Below, piece by piece: positions 26,734 to 35,600 of a stretch of 64,000 bases of DNA. Each line of letters starts with the position of its first letter. Position 1 is the first letter of the stretch. Under the pieces are notes generated by a model. The model made no database searches and was not told the DNA's origin. It was given only the letters and a program-made list of their open reading frames with translations. Location of the stretch: contig JACQQV010000046.1 of the NCBI GenBank assembly GCA_016206785.1, positions 19,512 through 83,511 of the forward strand, in the 5' to 3' direction. The DNA comes from Candidatus Omnitrophota bacterium (GTDB lineage Bacteria; Omnitrophota; Gorgyraeia; JACQQV01). The position numbers and the translations under genes were made by a program.

Positions 26734-29124
26734 TTACCTCTTTCCCCTCCAGGTGTCCATCTGGATTCTCCTTCCCTCTGAGATCATACGGATCGCGCCG
26801 GAGTGGAGGGTTTGGTAGGTTGGAATTTTGAAATCATCAAGGAGAGAAATAATTTTAGGTGAAGGAAGGTTGTAAGTTTCTCTTTCTCCAACGCTGATCA
26901 CGGCCGCATCCGGTGAGACTGCCTTCAAAAATGAGACCGCCTCTTTGCCCAAGTCTCCTCCATGATGCGGCATCTTCAAGATATCTGCATCAAGATTCTG
27001 TTTGGAATCTTCCAGACTCCTGATCGCATCTTCTTGGATGTCGGCTGTGAAAAGAAATACATTTTCTCCATGCGTCAGTCTGAGAACCACACCGTTATTA
27101 TTCTCTTCCTTCTTGATGCCACTTAAAAAGGGATGCGGCGGATGAAGCACTTCGAGGTGAACGTCTGGGAACCCAGTGATTTTCTGACCTCGTTGAAGAA
27201 GAATGGGTTTAAGGCCAAGTGTTTCAATGGTTCGCTGATACCTTCGGTAAGCAACATTTTCCTTGGGAAATCCACTTTCAAAGACATAGGTCGGGTGGAA
27301 AGTTTCGAGTATCGTCGGAATCCCCCCAACATGATCTTGGTCCGCATGAGTCACGAGAACTGCGTCGAGTCGATGAATCCCTTTTTTGCGAAGAAAAGGG
27401 GTAATGATTTTCCGACCGGCGTCAAACTCGTCTCTCCGGTCTCCCCCATCCATCAAAAGGTTTCCCCTCCCAGGAAACTGGAGAAAGATCGCATCCCCGT
27501 GACCCACGTTCAGAAAAGTAACCTCCAATTTCGGAGTCTTGAAAAGCGTCGACCAGACCCAGAAGTTACAAAGCGCAAGACCCAAGACGACCGCTTTCCA
27601 CCTGAATCGTTCCAATGGCTTCAAAAGGAAAACGCCGAGGATCGCATAATAAAGAAAAAGAAATGCGCCGGGAATTGAGGTGTGAAATGATCCGAAAGGA
27701 ATCTTATCAAAAATTTTTGTACCGTGGATGAGAAGCGAGATAAAGAAATTTTCAAGTGTGAGAAGCCATTCCGATAGGACCGGAACGAACTGGCCCAGGA
27801 GGAGCCATAAGATGCCAACGCCCACAATTGGAAAAAGAAGGGGGATCACGAAAAGGTTTGCAATCCAACTCACAGGGCTCACCACATAAAAATGGTACGC
27901 GACGACCGGCCAGATCCCGATCCAGACCCCGACGGAAATCAGAAACAGATTAAACGCGTAGCCCGCAACGCCCTTTATCTTAGCGACAAGCAACAAGCGA
28001 CAAGTGGCAAGTGACATCCGTGCACTTTGTTGCCTGTTGCTTGTTGCTTTCAGAGAAATGCGCTTACAGAGTTCACTGCTAAGAAACAGGAAAAAGACCG
28101 ACAGAAACGAAAGCTGAAATCCTACTTCAAAAAGGGAAAAGGGATTCCACAGAAGAAGGGCGAGATAGGCAAAAGAGAGGGTATTTAAAAGTGAAACTTC
28201 CCTTCCCAAAAGAGATCCCAGAAGGTAAAGAGCGATCATGACGGTTGCCCGCACAACCGGCGGAGAGCCGCCCACAAAGGCGGAAAACCCGACGAGAAAG
28301 AGAAGCGTTAGAAGAAATGAGAGCTCTTGGCGCATCCAGCACCACTTCAAGAGAAAGTAAAGGAGCGCGGCAAGAACCCCCACATGGAGACCGCTTATCG
28401 AAAGAAGATGAACAGTTCCTGTCCGTGTAAAGAGATCCCAAAGATCTCCCTCCAAACGCGTCCGGTCTCCCACCACCATGGCGCCGAAAAGAGAGGCCTC
28501 TTTTGGGGGGAGAAATTCATAAATCTGCCGCAATGCTTTTTGTCTAAAGGAAATGAAACCCCTCGCGAGAAAAGAAACATGATTTTTGCCGAGCGGCAGA
28601 AGTCCATGATGCGACCTTACCTTTAGGATTCCGTCGATCCCCCGACCGTTCAAATAAGAGGCAAGATCAAATTCGCCCGGATTTCCTGGACTCCGGAGTT
28701 TCTTAAGATCCCCTTCAAGCATCACCTCCTCTCCATAAGAAGGAAGGGAATGGCTTGAGACGAAAAGCCGAAGTCTTCCTGAAACCGGCTCCCACCTCTT
28801 TCCCCTTTTTAAGGCGAGACAGCGAAGGGTTTCATCTTTGTCAATCATTCCTATGATGCGGTGTGTTCCCTGTTCTCCCGGAATAAAATGGGAAATATTC
28901 AAGGGGCTTTCAAAGAAAGCAAGTTCCCACCGGAGCATACCGAGAGAAAGAAGAACAAGACTTAAGAGCGGCGTCGAGGCCCTGGACTGGCGCAGGCAAA
29001 AACCGAGGAGACAAAAGAGTAACGCAAAAAGGAAGATCACCCAGAAGGGAAAGTGAAAATACGAGGAGAGGAGGAGGCCCAGTGTAAAAAAAAGAGCGGC
29101 TAAAAGGAGGGAGGATTCATTCAA
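26734..29124 (-). CDS. comEC: DNA uptake channel ComEC/Rec2
   Basis: NPGEFD, HLLSISGLHVG, RATVM, GFQLSF; MBL domain VGHGD, THADQDHVGG, HHGG. Confidence 0.95.
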   Translation of the reverse strand: MNESSLLLAALFFTLGLLLSSYFHFPFWVIFLFALLFCLLGFCLRQSRASTPLLSLVLLSLGMLRWELAFFESPLNISHFIPGEQGTHRIIGMIDKDETLRCLALKRGKRWEPVSGRLRLFVSSHSLPSYGEEVMLEGDLKKLRSPGNPGEFDLASYLNGRGIDGILKVRSHHGLLPLGKNHVSFLARGFISFRQKALRQIYEFLPPKEASLFGAMVVGDRTRLEGDLWDLFTRTGTVHLLSISGLHVGVLAALLYFLLKWCWMRQELSFLLTLLFLVGFSAFVGGSPPVVRATVMIALYLLGSLLGREVSLLNTLSFAYLALLLWNPFSLFEVGFQLSFLSVFFLFLSSELCKRISLKATSNRQQSARMSLATCRLLLVAKIKGVAGYAFNLFLISVGVWIGIWPVVAYHFYVVSPVSWIANLFVIPLLFPIVGVGILWLLLGQFVPVLSEWLLTLENFFISLLIHGTKIFDKIPFGSFHTSIPGAFLFLYYAILGVFLLKPLERFRWKAVVLGLALCNFWVWSTLFKTPKLEVTFLNVGHGDAIFLQFPGRGNLLMDGGDRRDEFDAGRKIITPFLRKKGIHRLDAVLVTHADQDHVGGIPTILETFHPTYVFESGFPKENVAYRRYQRTIETLGLKPILLQRGQKITGFPDVHLEVLHPPHPFLSGIKKEENNNGVVLRLTHGENVFLFTADIQEDAIRSLEDSKQNLDADILKMPHHGGDLGKEAVSFLKAVSPDAAVISVGERETYNLPSPKIISLLDDFKIPTYQTLHSGAIRMISEGRRIQMDTWRGKR
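27982..28048. repeat. Heptamer-repeat hairpin, family C, read in frame inside comEC
   Basis: AGCGACA AGCAACA AGCGACA AGTGGCA AGTGACA - spacer - TGTTGCC TGTTGCT TGTTGCT. Confidence 0.8.
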
Positions 29125-29473
29125 GAATGAGAAGGTCCTTCAGTTCCTCATAGGTTTTGGCTCCTATCCCTTTCACTTTCAGAATGTCTTCTTTCTTTCT
29201 GAATCCGTTTGCTTCTCTGTAATCGACAATCCGTCTTGCAAGTTGAGGACCAATGCGAGGAAGCCGAGCAAAATCCTCTTCCCTTCCCTCACTTAAAGAA
29301 ACCTGCTTTGCGATTTCAAAATCTTTCTCAACCTTTTCGACCGCTTCCAAGGAAGGAGTGACCTGAAGAGAAAGTGGTGCATTTTTCTTGGTGTAGGAAA
29401 AGCCGAATCCTAACAGAAGTGCACTACTTAAAACAAGGAGGGCGATCTTTTCGGAAGAGGGTGGAGAAGCCAT
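29117..29473 (-). CDS. comEA: ComEA-like helix-hairpin-helix DNA-binding protein
   Basis: N-terminal TM anchor, LPRIGPQLARRIVDYR, VKGIGAKT. Confidence 0.88.
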   Translation of the reverse strand: MASPPSSEKIALLVLSSALLLGFGFSYTKKNAPLSLQVTPSLEAVEKVEKDFEIAKQVSLSEGREEDFARLPRIGPQLARRIVDYREANGFRKKEDILKVKGIGAKTYEELKDLLILE

Positions 29474-29480
29474 CTGGATC

Positions 29481-31976
29481 CTAAGTCACGACGAGATTGA
29501 CTAACTTTTTCGGGACAATCACCCACTGTTTGACCGTTTTCCCGTCAAGCCATTTTCTGATCGATTCATCGTTAAGAATTTTTTCCTTGAGGAGCTCATC
29601 GGAAAGATCGACAGCGACATTCAGTTTCGAACGGACCTTCCCGTTCACCTGAATGACAATGGTCACTTCCTCCACCGCAATCGCGTTGGGATCATAGGAA
29701 GGCCAAGAAGCGCGAAAGACGCTTCCCTTCCGCCCGAGGGAAGACCAGATCTCTTCAGCCAGATGAGGGATGAAAGGGGCAAGGAGAAGGACAAGGAGCT
29801 CAAAGGCTTCACGAAGGAGGACCCGTTCGTTCTCTTGGAGAGTTTTTTCTTCTTCACCCAAATACCGATAGATTTCATTCACGAGTTCCATCATGGAGGC
29901 GATCGCCGTGTTGAAGCGGAAAGAGCCCTCCATGTCTTCTGTCACCTTTTTAAGGGTGAGGTGAAGTTTTCTCCGAAGAGAGACCCCTTCTTCATTCAAA
30001 CCCGAAACGGCCGAGGAGACCGGAACTAAGGCTCCGCGCTTTGAAAGAAGCTGTGAAAGGCGCCAGACTCGATTCAGGAATCGAAAGGCGCCTTCGACAC
30101 CCCGATCGCTCCATTCGGCGTCCTTCTCGGGAGGACCGATAAAGAGGGTGTAGAGCCGAACGGTATCTGCACCAAAGCGCTCGATGAGTTCATCGGGGCT
30201 CACGACATTTCCCTTTGACTTCGACATCTTAAATCCGTCTTTGATGATCATCCCCTGAGTAAAGAGCCGTTCAAAGGGTTCATCGAAACCGACATATCCC
30301 AAGTCATGAAGGACCTTCACGATAAAGCGGGAGTAAAGAAGGTGAAGAATTGCATGTTCTACGCCTCCGATATATTGATCGACGGGAAGCCAACGATTGA
30401 CGAGCGCCGTGTCAAAGGGTCGCTCGGCATTCTGCGGAGAAAGGTAGCGGAGAAAGTACCAACTGGAGTCGACAAAGGTATCCATCGTATCAAATTCACG
30501 TTTCCCCTCCCCTTTGCATTTGGGGCAACGGGTTTTGACGAATTCGGGAGCGTCCTTTAAAGGAGATTCGCCGGTCGGTCTGAAACGAACATTTTCCGGT
30601 AGGAGAACTGGGAGATCCTTCTCAGGAACCGGAACAATCCCGCAGGCATTACAGTAGAGGATCGGAATGGGGGCCCCCCAATAGCGCTGCCGTGAAATAA
30701 GCCAGTCCCGGAGCCGATAGGCAGAGGTGCGTCGGCCCATCCCTTTTTTCTCCATGAAATGGGCGATCTTCTCCATCGCCTCCCGGTTTCCGAGGCCGTT
30801 GAAAAGTTCAGAATGGACCATGATCCCTTCCTCTATATAGGCTTCTTTCATGGTGAGCGGGTTGAGCGGGTTTTCCGGTTGGTCGATGACCACTTCGATG
30901 GGAAGACCGTACTTCTTGGCAAATTCAAAATCCCTTTGGTCATGGGCGGGAACCGCCATGACCGCCCCTGTTCCATATTCAAGAAGAACATAATTTGCAA
31001 CCCAGAGCGGAATTTTTCTGCCATTTACAGGATTCACGACATGCCAGCCGGTAAAAACCCCCTCCTTCTTGACTTCAAGGGCAGAGCGTTCTTCCTGGGG
31101 TTGCCGCAAGATCCGTTCCACAAACTGTTGAATCTCACCTTTATTTTTGGAATCACGAATCAGTTCTTGAAGGCGGGGATGCTCAGGGGCAAGCACCATA
31201 TAGGTTGCTCCGTAGATCGTGTCCACGCGTGTTGTAAAGCAGGTCAGCGGCTCTCCTTCGCCGTCTACCGGGAAATGGATTGCAACTCCCTCGTTCTTCC
31301 CGATCCAATTTCGTTGCATCACGCGAACCCTCTCGGGCCAATGGGTGAGTTGAGCGATATCCTTGAGGAGCCGTTCTGCATAATCGGTGATTTTGAAGAA
31401 CCATTGTTCAAGAAATTTTTGAATGACCGGTGTTTCGCACCGCTCACAGGCCCCGTTTACAACCTGTTCATTCGCAAGGACGGTCTGACAGGAGGAGCAC
31501 CAGTTGACGGCCGCCCGTTTTTTGTAGGCGAGACTTTTTTCATAGAGTTTCAAGAAAATCCACTGGCTCCACTTGTAATAATCGGGAAAGCAGGCGGTCA
31601 CTTCCCTCCGCCAGTCGTAACAGACCCCCCATTGCCGGAGCTGCCGCTTCATGGTCGCTATGTTGTTTAAGGTCGAGATCTTCGGATGGAGCCCTCCTTT
31701 GATCGCAGCGTTTTCTGCCGGAAGACCAAAGGCATCCCATCCTATCGGGGCCAGGACGTTAAAGCCGCGCATCAGTTTGTAGCGAGCAACGACGTCTCCA
31801 ATGATGTAGTTCCGACCATGTCCCACATGGAGGGTAGCAGAGGGATAGGGGAACATGACAAGGCAGTAATATTTCGTTTTATCCGTCCGGGAGGTATCGA
31901 CCTCAAAAAGTCTCTCTTTTTCCCAGAAAGATTGCCATTTCGGTTCGATCGTCCTAAAAGGATAGATTTCTTCCAT
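29481..31976 (-). CDS. leuS: Leucine--tRNA ligase
   Basis: Start moved to ATG 31976 (MEEIYPFRTIEPKWQ); the track's extension overlaps tRNA-Ala. MFPYPS, HVGH, KMSKS, QVNGKVR. Confidence 0.97.
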   Translation of the reverse strand: MEEIYPFRTIEPKWQSFWEKERLFEVDTSRTDKTKYYCLVMFPYPSATLHVGHGRNYIIGDVVARYKLMRGFNVLAPIGWDAFGLPAENAAIKGGLHPKISTLNNIATMKRQLRQWGVCYDWRREVTACFPDYYKWSQWIFLKLYEKSLAYKKRAAVNWCSSCQTVLANEQVVNGACERCETPVIQKFLEQWFFKITDYAERLLKDIAQLTHWPERVRVMQRNWIGKNEGVAIHFPVDGEGEPLTCFTTRVDTIYGATYMVLAPEHPRLQELIRDSKNKGEIQQFVERILRQPQEERSALEVKKEGVFTGWHVVNPVNGRKIPLWVANYVLLEYGTGAVMAVPAHDQRDFEFAKKYGLPIEVVIDQPENPLNPLTMKEAYIEEGIMVHSELFNGLGNREAMEKIAHFMEKKGMGRRTSAYRLRDWLISRQRYWGAPIPILYCNACGIVPVPEKDLPVLLPENVRFRPTGESPLKDAPEFVKTRCPKCKGEGKREFDTMDTFVDSSWYFLRYLSPQNAERPFDTALVNRWLPVDQYIGGVEHAILHLLYSRFIVKVLHDLGYVGFDEPFERLFTQGMIIKDGFKMSKSKGNVVSPDELIERFGADTVRLYTLFIGPPEKDAEWSDRGVEGAFRFLNRVWRLSQLLSKRGALVPVSSAVSGLNEEGVSLRRKLHLTLKKVTEDMEGSFRFNTAIASMMELVNEIYRYLGEEEKTLQENERVLLREAFELLVLLLAPFIPHLAEEIWSSLGRKGSVFRASWPSYDPNAIAVEEVTIVIQVNGKVRSKLNVAVDLSDELLKEKILNDESIRKWLDGKTVKQWVIVPKKLVNLVVT

Positions 31977-31978
31977 AG

Positions 31979-32007
31979 TTGTAAATGACGTCATCTTTTC
32001 GTATAAT
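31979..32007 (+). promoter_or_regulatory. Sigma70 promoter for tRNA-Ala
   Basis: TTGTAA-17 bp-TATAAT, 10 nt upstream of the tRNA. Confidence 0.7.
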
Positions 32008-32017
32008 CGGACACCAT

Positions 32018-32091
32018 GGGGCTGTGGTGAAGCGGGATCACACGACAATGGCATTGTCGGGTCACGGGTTCGATTCCCGTCAGCTCCACCA
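32018..32091 (+). tRNA. tRNA-Ala(GGC)
   Basis: Acceptor GGGGCTG/CAGCTCC with G3:U70, D stem GTGA/TCAC, anticodon arm CGACA-ATGGCAT-TGTCG, T arm ACGGG-TTCGATT-CCCGT, encoded CCA. Confidence 0.96.
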
Positions 32092-32148
32092 TCCTAATAC
32101 TTTACTCATCATAACGGAAGAGAGTGCTAAAAGTCAATTTGGAGGTGA

Positions 32149-32184
32149 AAAGAAAAGGAGCCGATTAATCGGCTCCTTTTCTTT
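32149..32184. terminator. Bidirectional terminator (36-bp perfect palindrome)
   Basis: AAAGAAAAGGAGCCGATT|AATCGGCTCCTTTTCTTT between convergent tRNA-Ala and the 16-aa ORF. Confidence 0.85.
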
Positions 32185-32204
32185 AGAATACACTCGAAAA
32201 ACCG

Positions 32205-32255
32205 CTATCTTCTTTTTCTTTTCTTGGCGGCTTTTTTCTTTCTCTTTTTCGCCAA
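32205..32255 (-). CDS. 16-aa Lys/Arg-rich microprotein MAKKRKKKAAKKRKRR
   Basis: TTG start, purine-rich RBS AAGGAAGGGGG upstream, promoter at 32307-32335, terminator downstream. Confidence 0.65.
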   Translation of the reverse strand: MAKKRKKKAAKKRKRR

Positions 32256-32306
32256 AGGTATCAGACCCCCTTCCTTAAGCGAACTTTTTACCAATCCATT
32301 GACACT

Positions 32307-32335
32307 ATATTACACGAAAAATCCCATTTTGTCAA
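32307..32335 (-). promoter_or_regulatory. Sigma70 promoter of the 16-aa microprotein
   Basis: Minus strand TTGACA-17 bp-TAATAT. Confidence 0.65.
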
Positions 32336-32515
32336 GGGTCGTTGTGGAGTATCTGGTATAATATAAGGAAGGGGGACGACCGCAATTTGCTGAATCTCCC
32401 TTAAAGACAAATTGCGCCATTAAGGGGGAAACGCTGTTTCCCCCTTATGGGGAGCGAAGGCCGAGCAGCGACATTACGGATTGTCTCTATTTGGTCGCGC
32501 GGAGGCCGAAGCGAC

Positions 32516-32602
32516 GCCGAAGTGGCGGAATGGGTATACGCGCCGGTCTCAAAAACCGGTGGGGGCAACCCTGTGAGAGTTCGACCCTCTCCTTCGGCAC
32601 CA
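32516..32602 (+). tRNA. tRNA-Leu(CAA)
   Basis: Acceptor GCCGAAG/CTTCGGC, anticodon arm CCGGT-CTCAAAA-ACCGG, long variable arm GGG-GCAA-CCC, T arm GAGAG-TTCGACC-CTCTC, encoded CCA. Confidence 0.96.
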
Positions 32603-32627
32603 CTTTAGTGTACGGTTTACGGGTAGT

Positions 32628-35600
32628 TTAGACAGAATTGAGGTAGGTTTCGTACGCTTTGCGGTACTCCGAACCAATGGGGATGGGTGCAGCCTGAATC
32701 ATATTTCCTTCCATTTTTAGAAATTGAGCCAGTTCCCCCAAATTCCCGCGTGCCTGCCAAGTGTGCTGAACCACAGAGACTTCTGCCGCAACATTCACAA
32801 GAAAAGAGGCAAGATTTAAGGCGTTAGGAGTTGCCGAATCGGATGACCAATTAAAAGAAGGATCAAAAACGACCATTCTGACCTTCGACTGAATTTTCGG
32901 CTTTGCGCCCGGCGTTTTAGATTCCACAAGAGCCAGTCCCGTTTGCATTCGAGGATTCGGCATTGATACAACACCGGAACCTTTCCATAGATTTATATTG
33001 TCACGGGAGGCAATAACCACGACATCCGGACTTTCAAGCAAAGGAAAATCAATATTTTGATCTGCAAATTTTTCCCAAAGTAAATCTTCTAATGTCTTGG
33101 CATAATATCTCGACCGAATGGCGCTGCCATACCACATGCTTGCCTCTTCCTTCATCTCGACGAGAATTTGCTCTCGTGTTTTTCCATATGCGCGGAGGCG
33201 GTATTCAAGGTTTTCAGGTGAAATTCGCAAAAATTCTGCAATCTCCTCGTCGGTCCCTTTTATTCTCAGTTTTTCAAACAGCATACCTTGAGTGACAATG
33301 ACGCTGAATTGCTCGGGGCGCAGAGCGTGTTTCGCCAAATAAGCGTCAATTTCTCCGGAAGTCACCGAGGAATCGTCGATAATCAGGGTATTCTTAAAAA
33401 GACTCTTTCGATTGTCTCGAGGATTTCCGGTAGCGTCCGCCAGATGGTCTAAGGCAAGAGAAAAACTCTCCCCCAGATCTTCCCTTAATAAAGATGAATG
33501 GTAGAGGTGAAATTTGGGTTTGGCATTTCTTTTGAGCTCTTCGCTCGGCGTGCGATCCGCATATTTTCCTTGTGCCATGAGCCACTCTGGATCTCGAGCC
33601 ACATACCGCTCGGCACCGTCCCGAACCGCAATCGTCTCCGGCTGATGGACGATGAGGACTCGGTTGTCGTTCCATTCTCGATGGCTCTTTACTTCGGCCT
33701 CCTTCGACAATTGGTCGTTTCGGCGGTTGAGAATCGCGTTTGCCGGTTCACCGCGCCCCGCCCATCCGGCAATGTTCTCGGCAAGCCACTGCCGTTTCCC
33801 TTTCAGGTCGTACGCGACACCATCATCTCCAAGAAGGACCGTACTTTGATCTCCCAAAGGAAGCTCTCCTTCCAGAAACCATGCCTCCTCCCGTAAATAG
33901 GGTCTCATCCGCCGATCCCCATAGGAATTGGTAAATCTCCAGTAAGGACCGACCCTCGCTGCCCGCCCGAAGTCCTGACTCCCTTCATGGTAAACCGCTC
34001 CCTTTGCAAGGGCAATGTTTCTTCCCTCTTCATCCAAAGCCGGGTTCTGTTCGGGAGTGGTGAGTCGAATTTCTCCCTGATCCGCAATCATGAGCCACGC
34101 ATCCCCTCTTCCGAATCCGGAGACCCTTCGTTCATCCCCTACCTTCCGGATAAAGGCAACGGCGACGAGTGCGCCCGAATCCATCTTTTCGACAAGAGCG
34201 AGAAGGGCGCGGTCTGTTGTCTCATAAACGTCGCGGAAGTTTTCTCCCTTTTCACGAAGGGCATTTTCAAAAATGGAAGGGAGTTTCCGCTTGATCAGGT
34301 GCGCCGCCTCTTCGTCATAATGCCCATCGATCACAGCGATCAAATCTCCCTCAATGTTTCCTACCCTCACCGGATGAACAAGGGTGCGGCTCTCTTGGCC
34401 TTCCCGTCCCGTGCCGATATCGGCCACATAACTGACTTTTCCGCCCGAGACGGCCTCTTTCTCCCCCGCTTCGTACTCCACATTCCAGCTGTACCGACCG
34501 TCCTTAAAGAGCCAGAAACCGTTCACAAACTTGTGGTTTTCCATCCGCCACCGGCCGTCGAGATTATCCTCAAAAATATCGATTCCCCGTTTCAGTTGTT
34601 CTTCCGAATGGAACGGGTATCCCAAAACAGGGTGGTGGGTCTGTCCCGCCCGGACCATCGTCAGTTCTTCGTGTACCTGCTCGAGCGCTTCTTGAATTTT
34701 GGCCTCCATCAAAAGATCCACATCCAAAGGGTTTTTCGTTGCACTCTTGGTTTTACTGAGAATGTGCCGCAGCACCAGATCGGGCCGGAGGAGAACCCCT
34801 CCGATGATATCGTTTTGAGGACCGGGTCCGAGTTTTTGGGTGAAGTGAATCAGATGCTCCCCTGCTTTGACCCGCTGTGCCACGATACTTCCAAAGCCGA
34901 GGTACGTTTCTTCCCCATCTTCCACTTCAAAAATGGTGTTCGTTCCGACAAAGGTCGTCTCGAGAATAATTCTCCCGGAGGAATCCGGTCGGTCCGGCAC
35001 CACCGTGGAGCCGCCCCCCCAGTTGGGGGCATTCGCCACCTCTATGGTTTTTCCTTTCGCCCTGAACGTGATCGGCCGTGCGACGACATTCAAAGCCCTT
35101 CCGGCAAGATGGTGGTTTGTGTAAAGTCCCGAGACGAAAACGTTCACATGGAGGGAACCGATGCCCCGATTAACCCCCGGCGTCGAGTCGTCGAAATGGC
35201 TCGAAAGGACCGTCGCATAGGGCTCGAGCAGATGGTATTTTCCGATATTGCTGAGTTTCGCCAGAAAGAGACTCCCCTCTGTTTCGTCTCCGATAAAAGT
35301 ATTTTGAACGCGGCCCATGCTCAAGCGAACCCCATTTCCGATGTCTGAGATGTTTCCCTCCGTTGAATCGATGAACATCCGGACAAGACGTGCTCTTCTT
35401 CCGATTCTCGCGTATTGAATGCCGGATCCCCAAACGAAAGTCTCTTCACCAACGGTGGTATCGATCAGATGGGAACCGAAAATTTTCGCTCCCTTCCGGA
35501 TAACCGTCTTCCCTTCCAAAATCACGCCCGGGCCGATAACGGCCCCTTCCTCAATTTCAACCTGATTGCCGATGACGGCGGTCGGGTCAATATCGGCAAT

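Noticed and set aside
32018-32091. tmRNA (GGGGCTG start)
   Set aside because: It folds into a complete 74-nt cloverleaf with a GGC anticodon, so it is tRNA-Ala.
30759-35348. Long plus-strand ORFs (30759..31670, 33987..35348) and other antisense ORFs
   Set aside because: They are shadows of leuS and the giant gene, with no recognisable motifs or RBS.
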